Of a DNA stretch of 64,000 bases, positions 48,596 to 58,598 are shown one piece after another; positions within the stretch are counted from its first letter, which is position 1; the number at the start of each line of letters is the position of its first letter. This stretch comes from Clostridiaceae bacterium (lineage in GTDB: Bacteria; Bacillota; Clostridia; Oscillospirales; Acutalibacteraceae): the NCBI GenBank assembly GCA_030530095.1, contig JAUMVO010000008.1, positions 1 through 64,000 of the forward strand, read 5' to 3'. The notes beneath the pieces were generated by a model. That model was not told the origin of the DNA. It did not search any database and saw only the letters and a program-made list of their open reading frames with translations. Both the position numbers and the translations under genes were made by a program.

Positions 48596-51097
48596 ATGGC
48601 AAATTCATCAAATAAGGGCAGAGGCTCCTCAAACGCAAAAAAGAGCCCTGCCAAAAAAAACGCCCCTAAGAAAACGGCGCCGAAAAACGAACCCGTAAAG
48701 GCGAAGCAGCAGCACAATCAGTTTGCGGCTATAGTGCTTTTCAGTGTTTCACTGTTGCTCTTATGTCTGTTATTCATACCCGGTGAAGCGGTATGGGGCG
48801 GACTTCGCAGCCTTATGTTCGGCCTTTTCGGCTTAACGGCATATCTTATCCCCGTTGTACTGATTTACATTGCGGTTATGGCGACGCTCAACAAGCTTGA
48901 CCTTCAGGTTGGCTACAAGGTAGGGGAGGCGGCGCTTCTCATCGTTCTTATAGCAAGCGCTATCCATATTTTCAGGTTCATAGGCGAGGCTGAATATATT
49001 GACGATATCAAGAACGCGTATTTTGAGTACATAGATACCGGTTCCACTGTCGGCAGCGGTGCCGTCGGTGCAATGATAGGCGGACTGATTCTGCTTATTA
49101 CCGGCAGCTCAAAGGGCGCTGCAATTGCGATTATTATTGTTCTGTTATTCCTCGCCCTTATGCTTGTTACAGGTACAACGCTTATCAAGCTTTTCAGGGG
49201 ACTTGCAAAACCCGTTCAGAAGGTCGGCGAATACACGGAGAATAAGATTAATTCGAGACACGCTGACGAGGAAGAGACTCAAACTGAAGCTCCCGCTCCG
49301 GAAAAGAAAAAGGTTAAAAAGCAGATTGACTTTGCTCTTCCCGAGGAAGAAAAGGTCGATGTTATTCCGCTTGAGGAAAAGGTTGAGCCCAATACTAATG
49401 TACAGCTCGACGATATAATCAGCAAAATGAACGGCGGTCCTGCACAAAAGAAAAAGACGGAACCCGAGAAGAACGAAGAAAAGCCCGCCGAAATTGAGGG
49501 CAAGGACGTTGACCTTAAGGGCGACGATCCCGAAATTACAAAGCTTGTTTATAAGCTTCCGCCGCTTGACTGTTTGTCTTTACCCGACCGCAGCGGCTCG
49601 ACAAATTACGAGGACGAGCTTAAGCAGAATGCGACCAAACTTGTTGATACTCTCAAGAGCTTCGGCGTTGAAACGAGGGTTGTTGATATCTGCAGAGGAC
49701 CTTCGGTTACGCGTTATGAGCTTCAGCCTGCGGCAGGAGTCAAAATCAGCAGGATTACGAATTTGTCAGATGATATCGCACTTAATCTTGCCTCTTCGGG
49801 CGTAAGAATTGCACCTATTCCCAACAAGTCCGCAGTCGGCGTTGAGGTGCCCAATAAATCACGTTCAACCGTTACGCTGCGTGAGCTTATTGATACCGAT
49901 TCTTACAGAAAGAACGTTGAAAAATCCAAGCTCAGCGTTGCTCTGGGTAAGGATATTGCGGGTAATGGAACTTATGCCGATATTGAAAAGATGCCGCACC
50001 TTCTCGTTGCAGGTACTACCGGTTCGGGTAAATCGGTATGTATGAACACTATGATTGTATCCATCCTTTATAATGCAAGACCCGACGAAGTCAAGCTGCT
50101 TATGATTGACCCGAAGCAGGTTGAGTTTACGGTTTATAACGGTATTCCTCATCTTCTTGTTCCCGTTGTTTCCGATCCGAGAAAGGCTTCGGGCGCTCTC
50201 AGCTGGGCGGTAAGCGAAATGCTTCAGCGTTACAAAATGTTTTCGGACAACAACGTCCGTGACATTAAAGGTTATAACTACGCGTGTGAGGAAAACGGAA
50301 ACGAAAAGCTTCCGCATATCGTTATATTTATCGACGAGCTGTCCGACCTTATGATGGCGGCGCCTCATGAGGTTGAGGACTCCATCTGCCGACTTGCGCA
50401 GATGGCAAGAGCTGCGGGTATGCACCTTGTTATCGCTACTCAGAGACCTTCTGTTGACGTTATCACGGGTCTCATCAAGGCGAATATTCCGTCAAGACTT
50501 TCGCTTAAAACTTCTTCTCAGATTGACTCGAGAACGATTATTGACTCGGTAGGCGCGGAAAAACTGCTCGGTAACGGCGATATGCTGTTCTATCCCGTCG
50601 GAATTGAAAAACCGATGAGAATTCAGGGCTGCTTCCTCTCGGAAAAAGAGGTCGAGAAGGTCGTTGATTTTATTAAAAATCAGGGTAATACCGAGTACGA
50701 CGAAAACGTTATAGCCGAAATTGAGCGTCAGGCCGCTATGGATAAGAAGAAGGGCGGTGCTGCCGATTCCGACGGTGACGGCGCCGACGGTGATACAGAC
50801 GAGATGCTGCCGAAGGCCATCGAGGTTGTCGTTGAGAATCAGAAGGCTTCAACAACGCTCTTACAGAATAAACTGAAGCTCGGTTACGCCAGAGCGGCGA
50901 GGATTATGGACGAGCTTGAAACGAGAGGTATAATCGGACCGTTTGAGGGCTCAAAGCCGCGTAAGGTGCTTATTTCAAAGCAACAGTGGTACGAAATGAA
51001 TGCACTTGCGTCAGGCGGTTCTTCAAATGTAAATCCCATTACTGTTGATGGAAATGAAACTGCCGAGCCCGGCGTTATCTTCACTGAAGACGAATAA
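48596..51097 (+). CDS. ftsK: DNA translocase FtsK/SpoIIIE
   Basis: N-terminal TM segments; Pro/Glu/Lys-rich linker; Walker A GTTGSGKS; C-terminal gamma winged-helix domain. Confidence 0.9.
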   Translation: MANSSNKGRGSSNAKKSPAKKNAPKKTAPKNEPVKAKQQHNQFAAIVLFSVSLLLLCLLFIPGEAVWGGLRSLMFGLFGLTAYLIPVVLIYIAVMATLNKLDLQVGYKVGEAALLIVLIASAIHIFRFIGEAEYIDDIKNAYFEYIDTGSTVGSGAVGAMIGGLILLITGSSKGAAIAIIIVLLFLALMLVTGTTLIKLFRGLAKPVQKVGEYTENKINSRHADEEETQTEAPAPEKKKVKKQIDFALPEEEKVDVIPLEEKVEPNTNVQLDDIISKMNGGPAQKKKTEPEKNEEKPAEIEGKDVDLKGDDPEITKLVYKLPPLDCLSLPDRSGSTNYEDELKQNATKLVDTLKSFGVETRVVDICRGPSVTRYELQPAAGVKISRITNLSDDIALNLASSGVRIAPIPNKSAVGVEVPNKSRSTVTLRELIDTDSYRKNVEKSKLSVALGKDIAGNGTYADIEKMPHLLVAGTTGSGKSVCMNTMIVSILYNARPDEVKLLMIDPKQVEFTVYNGIPHLLVPVVSDPRKASGALSWAVSEMLQRYKMFSDNNVRDIKGYNYACEENGNEKLPHIVIFIDELSDLMMAAPHEVEDSICRLAQMARAAGMHLVIATQRPSVDVITGLIKANIPSRLSLKTSSQIDSRTIIDSVGAEKLLGNGDMLFYPVGIEKPMRIQGCFLSEKEVEKVVDFIKNQGNTEYDENVIAEIERQAAMDKKKGGAADSDGDGADGDTDEMLPKAIEVVVENQKASTTLLQNKLKLGYARAARIMDELETRGIIGPFEGSKPRKVLISKQQWYEMNALASGGSSNVNPITVDGNETAEPGVIFTEDE

Positions 51098-51164
51098 CAA
51101 CAATTTAATGAGGGGCAGAGTATTCCGTAAGGAGTATTCTGTCCTTTTTTGCGGAGGAAAAGAA

Positions 51165-51845
51165 ATGAACGACTATTACGTTAAGAGAATTAACGGTGAT
51201 ACCGCAGTTCTTATCAAAGGCGGTCTGAGTATAAACGTTCCGCTTGTCAGCCTTCCCGATGGTTTGTGCGAGGGTGAGGTACTTTTACTCAATGAGAAGG
51301 GACTGTATGTCAGGCCTGAAGATAAAGCCGAAAAGCAGAATAATGAAAACTCTTCTTTGCGGGATGAACTGTTTCAGGGCGAAACCTATGATATTAAGCA
51401 GGGCGTTAACCGAAGCACGCTTTACGCTGAGGTCTGCTCAACGCTTTACAGAAGTACTGTCGGAGAGCTTAAGCATATGATACCGGAGCTTGTTCTTCTC
51501 GGCGTAAGTATCTGCGCAATACTGCCACTTGTTTTTGTTGACTTGGAAAGATTCAAAAGGTCTATCCTGCACGGCGATATTTCAAGCTATCTCGGCACTT
51601 TATGCGCAGTTGTTCTGGCGTGCGTGGGCGTAATAGGATTAATACTGTCCTGCGTCTCATTGTTCCGTACGTTCCGCAAGCTGAAGATACACCTTATAAA
51701 CTATAAGAGCAACCTGAGACGTATGCAGGATAAGCTTGAAAATAACGGTATTTTTACCGGCATAACCCCAGAGGAGGAGGGGAGATTCGACAACGTTTTC
51801 ACACAAATTTCCGAAAGTGTGAAAAATCGTGAAAAAAACACTTGA
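51165..51845 (+). CDS. DUF3006-like N-terminal domain fused to a two-TM membrane region; hypothetical
   Basis: RBS ggagg; N-terminus MNDYYVKRINGDTAVLIKGG...SLPDGLCEGEVL resembles DUF3006. Confidence 0.45.
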   Translation: MNDYYVKRINGDTAVLIKGGLSINVPLVSLPDGLCEGEVLLLNEKGLYVRPEDKAEKQNNENSSLRDELFQGETYDIKQGVNRSTLYAEVCSTLYRSTVGELKHMIPELVLLGVSICAILPLVFVDLERFKRSILHGDISSYLGTLCAVVLACVGVIGLILSCVSLFRTFRKLKIHLINYKSNLRRMQDKLENNGIFTGITPEEEGRFDNVFTQISESVKNREKNT

Positions 51846-51984
51846 AAAATCCTATATATAATGATATAATGCTTGAGCAATTCACACACACGGCGATTAT
51901 TGCATAATTGCATACGTTCGATACGCGTATGTCCTGCAGTAAAGTGAACCGTGTGGAGGATTAAATTTTAAGGAGGACATAAAT

Positions 51985-52746
51985 ATGTCAGTAGTATCAA
52001 TGAAACAACTGCTTGAAGCAGGTGTGCACTTCGGTCACCAGACCAGAAGATGGAACCCGAAAATGGCTCAGTACATTTTCACGGAGAGAAACGGTATCTA
52101 TATCATCGACCTTCAGAAGACCGTTAAGAAGCTCGAGGACGCCTACATGGTAGTCCGTGATATCGCCGCTGAGGGCAACGAAATTCTTTTCGTCGGCACC
52201 AAGAAGCAGGCTCAGGATTCCGTTAAGGAAGAAGCTATCCGCTGCGGTATGCCTTACGTTAACGCACGTTGGCTCGGCGGTATGCTCACAAACTTCAACA
52301 CAATCAAGAAGAGAATCAGAAGACTCGCTCAGCTCCAGGAGATGAGAGAGAACGGCACATTCGAAATGCTCCCCAAGAAGGAAGCTGCCAAGCTTGAGCT
52401 CGAAATCGAGAAGCTTGAGAAGTTCATGGGCGGTATCACCGAGATGAAGAAGCAGCCCGCTGCTATGTTCATAGTTGACCCGAGGAAAGAGAGAATTGCC
52501 GTTGCCGAAGCCAAGAAGCTCGGTATTCCGATTATCGCAATCGTTGACACAAACTGCGATCCCGATGAGATCGACTACGTTATCCCCGGCAACGACGATG
52601 CTATCCGCGCTGTTAAGCTTATCGCCGGCGCTATGGCTGACGCTGTTATCGAGGGCAGACAGGGCGAGCAGGGCGCAGCCGCTGTCTATGACGACGCTGA
52701 AGCTGAGGCTGATGAGGCCGCAGAAGCAGCTGAGGACGCTGAATAA
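51985..52746 (+). CDS. rpsB: 30S ribosomal protein S2
   Basis: [22 protein letters not shown]. Confidence 0.9.
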   Translation: MSVVSMKQLLEAGVHFGHQTRRWNPKMAQYIFTERNGIYIIDLQKTVKKLEDAYMVVRDIAAEGNEILFVGTKKQAQDSVKEEAIRCGMPYVNARWLGGMLTNFNTIKKRIRRLAQLQEMRENGTFEMLPKKEAAKLELEIEKLEKFMGGITEMKKQPAAMFIVDPRKERIAVAEAKKLGIPIIAIVDTNCDPDEIDYVIPGNDDAIRAVKLIAGAMADAVIEGRQGEQGAAAVYDDAEAEADEAAEAAEDAE

Positions 52747-52811
52747 TTAGTAGCTTTAGCCCGTGCAATACTTTTTGTACGGGCATTAATTAAAAACTGG
52801 AGGAATTTATT

Positions 52812-53903
52812 ATGGCATTTACAGCTAAAGACGTCGTTACTCTTCGTGAGAAGACCGGCGTTGGTATGATGGATTGTAAAAAGGCGCTCGTCGAAGCTGA
52901 CGGCGATATGGACAAGGCAGTTGAAATCCTCAGAGAAAAGGGACTTGCATCTGCTGCCAAGAAGTCTTCAAGAGTTGCTGCCGAGGGTACGGTTGCTACT
53001 TATAACGACGGTAAGGCTGCTTCTCTCGTTGAGATTAACTGCGAGACCGACTTCGTTGCCAAGGGTGAGCCCTTCGTTAACCTTGCCAACAGTATTGCAA
53101 AGACTATAGTTGAAGCTAATCCTGCTGACGTTGACGCTCTTCTTGCAAGCAAGATTGCAGACGGCGAAGGCACTGTTGAAGAGGCTGTTCAGGAAGTATT
53201 CCTTGCACTTCGCGAAAATATGAAGGTTCGCCGTTTTGAGAGAATCGACGGTCACGTTGTTTCCTACATTCACGGCGGCGGCACAGTAGGCGTACTTGTT
53301 GCGTTCGACACCGATGATGCTACGGCTGCAAAGCCCGAGTTCATCGCCATGGGTAAGGACGTTGCTATGCAGATAGCTGCCATGAGCCCTGAGTATCTTT
53401 CAAAGGACGACATCACAGCCGACGAGGCTGCCAAGATGAGAAATATCACCGTAGAGAGCGCTCTCAACAAGCCCGAGAGCCTTCCGAAGCCCATCCTTAA
53501 GAGCCTTATCGAAAAGGCTTGCGCTAACAAGGAGTGGAGCGACGAGGATATCGCTATCTACAACGAAAAGGGTATGAACAACTTCCTTTTCAACTTCCTT
53601 TCAGAGGAAGCTCCCGCTGTTCTTGCAAAGCTCGCTATTGCCGACAAGGCTGAAATCGTAGCCAACAAGATTTTCGGTGGACTCGTTGAAGGCCGTATAG
53701 CCAAGCAGATTAAGGAAACCTGCCTTCTTGAGCAGGCATTCGTTAAGGACGGCGACATGACCGTTGCCAAGTATGTTGCATCCGTAGCCAAGGAGCTCGG
53801 TGCCGACATCAAGGTTACCAAGTTCGTACGTTTCGCAAAGGGCGAAGGCATCGAGAAGAAGCAGGAAGATTTCGCTGCTGAAATCGCTAACATGGTTAAA
53901 TAA
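52812..53903 (+). CDS. tsf: Elongation factor Ts (long 363-aa form)
   Basis: N-terminal UBA-like motif LREKTGVGMMDCKKAL; follows rpsB. Confidence 0.85.
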   Translation: MAFTAKDVVTLREKTGVGMMDCKKALVEADGDMDKAVEILREKGLASAAKKSSRVAAEGTVATYNDGKAASLVEINCETDFVAKGEPFVNLANSIAKTIVEANPADVDALLASKIADGEGTVEEAVQEVFLALRENMKVRRFERIDGHVVSYIHGGGTVGVLVAFDTDDATAAKPEFIAMGKDVAMQIAAMSPEYLSKDDITADEAAKMRNITVESALNKPESLPKPILKSLIEKACANKEWSDEDIAIYNEKGMNNFLFNFLSEEAPAVLAKLAIADKAEIVANKIFGGLVEGRIAKQIKETCLLEQAFVKDGDMTVAKYVASVAKELGADIKVTKFVRFAKGEGIEKKQEDFAAEIANMVK

Positions 53904-54082
53904 TTATTTCTGTATAACGTTGGGATGCAGAAATGCATCCCAATTGTTATTGGATGGGGTATAAAATGATAACAATGATGATTATCGGTTTTATAGGCGC
54001 ATGGTATTATAAGCACCGCAAACAAACCGATTAAGTTTATTGACAAAACCTGATACTTTTGATAGAATATCAAGGCACATAC

Positions 54083-54171
54083 GGAAGCGTATCGAAGTGG
54101 TCATAACGGGCCTGACTCGAAATCAGGTAGCCTTCACGGGCTCGTGGGTTCGAATCCCACCGCTTCCGCCA
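54083..54171 (+). tRNA. tRNA-Ser (anticodon CGA), class II with long variable arm
   Basis: Acceptor ggaagcg/cgcttcc; anticodon loop ctCGAaa; long variable arm; T-arm gtgggttcgaatcccac; encoded CCA. Confidence 0.85.
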
Positions 54172-54240
54172 TAAAAAACGGATAGGGTAATCCCTATCCG
54201 TTTTTTATTGTTTAGTTGTTAAGGTGGGATTCGAACCAGT
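54155..54240 (+). repeat. Direct repeat copy A: tRNA-Ser 3' end (17 nt) + terminator + ~35 nt
   Basis: 77 bp identical to 54326-54401, with diverging similarity for ~10 more nt. Confidence 0.85.
54173..54208 (+). terminator. Intrinsic terminator after tRNA-Ser
   Basis: aacggataggg-taat-ccctatccgtt-tttt. Confidence 0.8.
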
Positions 54241-54325
54241 CCATCTTTTGCGCAGTGAAACGAAGCAAAAGGGACATAAAACGAATCTGTTTGCGAAGCA
54301 AACAAGGCGAGCAAAGCGAGCCGAG

Positions 54326-54412
54326 TCCCACCGCTTCCGCCATAAAAAACGGATAGGGTAATCCCTATCCGTTTTTTATTGTTTAGTTGTTAAGGTGGGA
54401 TACGAACAGGAG
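54326..54412 (+). repeat. Direct repeat copy B, 171 bp downstream: duplicated tRNA-Ser 3' end + terminator
   Basis: tcccaccgcttccgccataaaaaacggatagggtaatccctatccgttttttattgtttagttgttaaggtgggat repeated exactly. Confidence 0.85.
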
Positions 54413-54560
54413 GGAGCTTGCGTAAGCAAGCGGAAGAAAACGGTACGGTGCATTTTCGGTTTTAATTCCGTATTGTAAATTAATTGTTATTATGTTATTA
54501 TGATTACTGAAAATTTTCTGTATTTCGATAGGATTAAACAATCTCATTAAGGCTGAATAA

Positions 54561-55799
54561 ATGATAATGAAAAAGCAAAACAACAAATCCGCAAATTCAA
54601 TTATAATTCTGTGCTGGCTTGCCTATACGGTTGCGTATCTGGGCAGGCTTAATCTCAATGCTTATATTGAACCGATAAGAGACCAACTCGGTTCTACCAA
54701 AACCGAGTTAGGACTTGTCAGCTCATTCTTCTTCTTTTCTTACGGCGCGGGTCAGCTTGTACACGGTATTCTTTCAAAGAGATATAATACCCGCTATTCC
54801 GTAAGTATTGCGCTTATCGGCTCTGCAGCGTCAAATCTCGCTATGACCTTTTGCGGCAGCGCCGCAGGTATGAAATACGTGTGGCTTTTTAACGGATTCT
54901 TTCAGGCGATACTTTGGAGCTCGGTTGTAAAAACACTTGGCGAGCGCCTTTCTGACGAAATGCTGCCGAGGGCTATCGTTGCCATGAGCACTCCGCCTGC
55001 GGTTGGAACGTTTCTCGTTTACGGCGTTTCCGCCATGCTCTCGTCGCTCGGCGTAAACTACAAAACCGTTTTCTATATTCCGTCGCTTTTGCTGGTTACG
55101 TCAGGTGTGCTCTGGTTTGTATTTACGGGTAAAACGGACAAGGCTGAAATCAAAACCGATGCTACGCAAACAACTGACGGCAAGCGCCTGAAGCTTACTC
55201 CGATATTTGTTCTCAGCGCTGTCTTATTAGCGTTTGCGGCAATCTCCAACGGTTTTATAAAGGACGGCGTAACTACTTGGACTCCGTCGATACTCAAGGA
55301 AAACTACGGACTTAAAGAATCGCTGTCAATACTTGTAACGGTAATTCTTCCGCTTATTGCGATAATGGGGTCGCTGCTATCAACCTCGCTTCACAAGCGG
55401 ATTAAAAATACGTCGCTTATTAACTGCATACTCTATTTTGCCGAGGCGGCAGTTCTGCTGTGTGTAATGCTTTCTGCAAAAAGCACGACGTTCAGAAGAC
55501 CTGTTCTTCTCATAGCTCTGTTTGGTATTTCCGCTATGCTTATGAGTGCAGTAAATAATGTAATTACGAGTATTATACCGCTTTATATGCGCGACAGAGC
55601 TCAGCCGGGACTGCTTGCAGGTGTGCTTGATACATTCTGTTACGTCGGCAGTATGCTGAGTACGGGACTGTTAGGCTATATTTCCGATGTCGGCTCGTGG
55701 AACGGCGTATTTATGTGTCTGCTGATATTCGGCGCGTCTGCATTTGTAATATGCGCTGTCTCTGCATTGATTAACAAAAGAAGCATATCGGGCGATTAA
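54561..55799 (+). CDS. MFS transporter
   Basis: 12 predicted TM segments; MFS-type loop motif after TM2. Confidence 0.7.
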   Translation: MIMKKQNNKSANSIIILCWLAYTVAYLGRLNLNAYIEPIRDQLGSTKTELGLVSSFFFFSYGAGQLVHGILSKRYNTRYSVSIALIGSAASNLAMTFCGSAAGMKYVWLFNGFFQAILWSSVVKTLGERLSDEMLPRAIVAMSTPPAVGTFLVYGVSAMLSSLGVNYKTVFYIPSLLLVTSGVLWFVFTGKTDKAEIKTDATQTTDGKRLKLTPIFVLSAVLLAFAAISNGFIKDGVTTWTPSILKENYGLKESLSILVTVILPLIAIMGSLLSTSLHKRIKNTSLINCILYFAEAAVLLCVMLSAKSTTFRRPVLLIALFGISAMLMSAVNNVITSIIPLYMRDRAQPGLLAGVLDTFCYVGSMLSTGLLGYISDVGSWNGVFMCLLIFGASAFVICAVSALINKRSISGD

Positions 55800-55820
55800 A
55801 ACGCTTAATACAATATCAAA

Positions 55821-55848
55821 CGGACAGGGGAGACTCTGTCCGTTTTAT
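55821..55848 (+). terminator. Intrinsic terminator after the MFS gene
   Basis: aaacggacag-gggagact-ctgtccgttt-tatc. Confidence 0.65.
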
Positions 55849-55916
55849 CATTGACACCTTGAAACTGTATATAGTATAATTAAAGAGTTAAACGAAATCT
55901 TTTAGGGGGAAGATTT

Positions 55917-58127
55917 ATGAAAAAACTTATATCTGTAGTTTTGGCGCTTGTACTCACGCTCTCATCGTTTGCGATGGCGGCGAGCGCCTCGGCGTATAAT
56001 GATATTCCGTGCGTTATAGTGCCCGGTATCGGTCAGTCGAGAGCATGGCTTGTTGACGACAACGGTAATTTCGTACTCAACGGCGACGGTGAAAAGATTC
56101 ACTGCTTCCCGGGTAATTTTGACGTTCAGAAGATACTCGGCGAGGTAGCGGCTCCGCTTGCAAAAGCGGTTGCAACTCAGTCTGACTCGGGTCTTGCCGA
56201 TGCGCTGTGCGATGCCGTTGAAAATGCGTTTTATATGAACAAGACCGACGATTTCGGTCAGCCCTGCGGCTACGTTGAGGTTGAAACCTATCCCCATTCT
56301 CTTGCCGAGTGCACACAGGACGAGCTTGACTATATTTTTGACTGTATTCCCATGCAGGAACTCGGCAAATCGATAGGCTTCGATAATATGTATTATTATG
56401 CCTACAATTCGTTCGGCAATGCTATTGATATGATTAACGGTCTTTATGACTTTATTCAGATGGTAAAGCAGCAGACGGGTAAGGACAAGGTCAATATTAT
56501 TCCTATCTCTATGGGCGGCGCTATCCTTAACGGACTTATGGAGCTTCACCCCGAGGTTGCTAACGATCTGCACCGTATTATATTCGTTGTTCCCGCGCTC
56601 AACGGCTCGCTTATCGTTTCCGATATCTATGAGCGTGAGCTGACCTTCCTTAATCCCGACTATCTTTACAGCGAGTTCTTCGACGGCATACTCGACGAAA
56701 CCACCGCGAGCGCTATTGAAATTGCCCTGAGAGTTCTGCCGAAGGACGTACTTATGAACGCGCTTAACAAGACGGTCGATATGCTTCTTACAAAGGTCTT
56801 TGCTAACTGTACCGCATTGTGGATGCTTGTTCCCAACGATCAGTATGACAAGTGCGTCCAGATGAATCTTTCCTCTGCTTCAAAGAAATATATCCGCGCT
56901 CAGACCGACGTTTATCACAGAGCGCAGACTAATTCTAATAAAAATATACTCAAATTCAAGAGCCAGGGCGTTGAGGTCTTTGACGTTCTCGGTTACGACG
57001 TTCCGCTTTATAACGTCGGCAATTCGTGGAATAAACAGAACGCCGACGGCGTTATTCACACCTATTCGACTTCGATAGGTGCGTATATGGCTAACTGCGG
57101 CGATACACTTCCCGCAGATTACGTTCAGAAAAATCCTTATTGCAAAGCGTCGTCATCAGCTACTAATCAGAGCACGTCGTCGGGACTTGTAAACAAAATT
57201 CTGTTCAAATCTTCGGCGGTTGATACGACCGTTCAGTGCTCCGACCCGAGCCATAATCATATATCACCCGACAGAGTCGTTGACGCTTCGACGGGACTTC
57301 TGCCCGATACGACCTTCTATTTTGACAATCAGCCGCACGCTACGGCCAACCAGAACGATATTATTATGAAGCTCTGCTGTGAGCTCGTTGAAACGGACAG
57401 AATCACGGACGTTTATTCCGATCCGAATTTCCCGCAGTTCAATCAGGGACGCGCTACCAAAGTATTGCGCGAAGAATTGCTTCCTGCAGCTGAGGCTGTT
57501 GACAAGTCTTCTCTCAGTGCAACCGACAGACGCGCGCTCGAGTCCGCGGTTAATGACGCGAACGATATGCTCTCGCGTACAATTGCCGTTGAGGGCGAGG
57601 CCCCGAGAGTTGAGCAGAAGCTTCGCTCCGTGCTTGAAAATATCGGTGCAATCGAGCCGCAGAGTGACAACTCCGCACTCGGCTCGGCAGTAAAATCCGT
57701 AAGCGATACACTCGTTTCGCTTGCAGGCGCAAACGGATTTTCGGATATAGTAAAGGATTATATGGCTAACGGTTCGGGCTCCGAAAACGGAGAGGGCGAG
57801 TCCTCGGATTCCGGCAACGCTTCAGGCGGCAGCTCCGCAAACACAAACGGCTCCGGCTCAAACGGAGCTTCGGGTAATAACGGAAGCTCAGGCTCGTCCG
57901 GCGGTTCCGGCAGCTCTTCAAATTCAGGCTCATCCAACAGTTCAGGCTCTTCGGGCAACAGTGCTAAGAGTCCTAAGACAAGCGGTGAGAGTTTCAACTA
58001 TCTTACCATTGCGCTTATCGCTCTCGCAGCTCTGATTGTAATCGCTCTTGTTATTTACAGAAAGAAGAGCGAGGATTTCTATAACGAATACGCACGAACA
58101 GTTACAAAATTATCAACGGTCGAGTAA
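55917..58127 (+). CDS. Secreted alpha/beta-hydrolase (lipase/esterase-like) with Ser/Gly-rich linker and C-terminal membrane anchor
   Basis: Signal peptide; lipase-type nucleophile elbow PISMGG (AxSxG-like); low-complexity SGSENGEGESSDSGNASGGSS...; C-terminal SPKTSGE + TM + RKK. Confidence 0.55.
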   Translation: MKKLISVVLALVLTLSSFAMAASASAYNDIPCVIVPGIGQSRAWLVDDNGNFVLNGDGEKIHCFPGNFDVQKILGEVAAPLAKAVATQSDSGLADALCDAVENAFYMNKTDDFGQPCGYVEVETYPHSLAECTQDELDYIFDCIPMQELGKSIGFDNMYYYAYNSFGNAIDMINGLYDFIQMVKQQTGKDKVNIIPISMGGAILNGLMELHPEVANDLHRIIFVVPALNGSLIVSDIYERELTFLNPDYLYSEFFDGILDETTASAIEIALRVLPKDVLMNALNKTVDMLLTKVFANCTALWMLVPNDQYDKCVQMNLSSASKKYIRAQTDVYHRAQTNSNKNILKFKSQGVEVFDVLGYDVPLYNVGNSWNKQNADGVIHTYSTSIGAYMANCGDTLPADYVQKNPYCKASSSATNQSTSSGLVNKILFKSSAVDTTVQCSDPSHNHISPDRVVDASTGLLPDTTFYFDNQPHATANQNDIIMKLCCELVETDRITDVYSDPNFPQFNQGRATKVLREELLPAAEAVDKSSLSATDRRALESAVNDANDMLSRTIAVEGEAPRVEQKLRSVLENIGAIEPQSDNSALGSAVKSVSDTLVSLAGANGFSDIVKDYMANGSGSENGEGESSDSGNASGGSSANTNGSGSNGASGNNGSSGSSGGSGSSSNSGSSNSSGSSGNSAKSPKTSGESFNYLTIALIALAALIVIALVIYRKKSEDFYNEYARTVTKLSTVE

Positions 58128-58139
58128 TAATCAATAAAG

Positions 58140-58172
58140 AAATCCACCGGCTCAGGTCGGTGGATTTTTGTT
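58140..58172 (+). terminator. Intrinsic terminator after the lipase-like gene
   Basis: aaatccaccg-gctcaggt-cggtggattt-ttg. Confidence 0.7.
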
Positions 58173-58262
58173 GCTGTTAACGCTGTTCATACTGCTTTAT
58201 TATTTAATTTTTCCATTGACAAACGGATTTAATATGTTATAATATACAAGCGCTCAGAACAT

Positions 58263-58338
58263 AGGGGTATAGCTCAGTTGGTAGAGCAGCGGTCTCCAAA
58301 ACCGCGTGCCGAGGGTTCAAGTCCTTCTGCCCCTGCCA
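58263..58338 (+). tRNA. tRNA-Trp (anticodon CCA)
   Basis: Acceptor aggggta/tgcccct (one G-U pair); anticodon loop ctCCAaa; T-arm gagggttcaagtccttc; CCA encoded. Confidence 0.85.
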
Positions 58339-58378
58339 AAATAAAGACGGGTACCGAAAGGTATCCGTCCTTTATTTT
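58323..58378 (+). repeat. Direct repeat copy A: tRNA-Trp 3' end + terminator (gacgggtacc-gaaa-ggtatccgtc-ttt)
   Basis: About 51 bp identical (1 mismatch) to 58539-58589. Confidence 0.85.
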
Positions 58379-58538
58379 TTTTATGTACAATTAAGAAGGA
58401 CTTGAACCCGTGAGGGTCTGAGCGTTAAGAAAACAATTCGGTGAATTGTTTTTAACTCAGAGCGGCGAAACGGGTACTGTTGCGAAGCAACGGTCGTGAG
58501 CCATAAGTATGCAAGGCGTAGCCGCAGCAGACGGCAAG

Positions 58539-58598
58539 CCTTCTGCCCCTGCCAAAATTAAGACGGGTACCGAAAGGTATCCGTCCTTTTTTGTGTTT
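58539..58598 (+). repeat. Direct repeat copy B, 216 bp downstream: duplicated tRNA-Trp 3' end + terminator
   Basis: ccttctgcccctgccaaaat(t)aagacgggtaccgaaaggtatccgtcctttt repeated. Confidence 0.85.

Noticed and set aside
51098-51164. Terminator hairpin after ftsK
   Set aside because: The sequence has a direct repeat (agtattc...agtattc), not an inverted one; only a T-run is present, so no confident hairpin call
54220-54330. A second tRNA (minus strand) or tmRNA-like gene suggested by the inverted T-arm-like sequence ggtgggattcgaacc after tRNA-Ser
   Set aside because: The reverse complement cannot form a T-stem (actgg vs cccac) or an acceptor stem; no CCA or 5' GGGG partner; interpreted instead as part of a repeat or insert element
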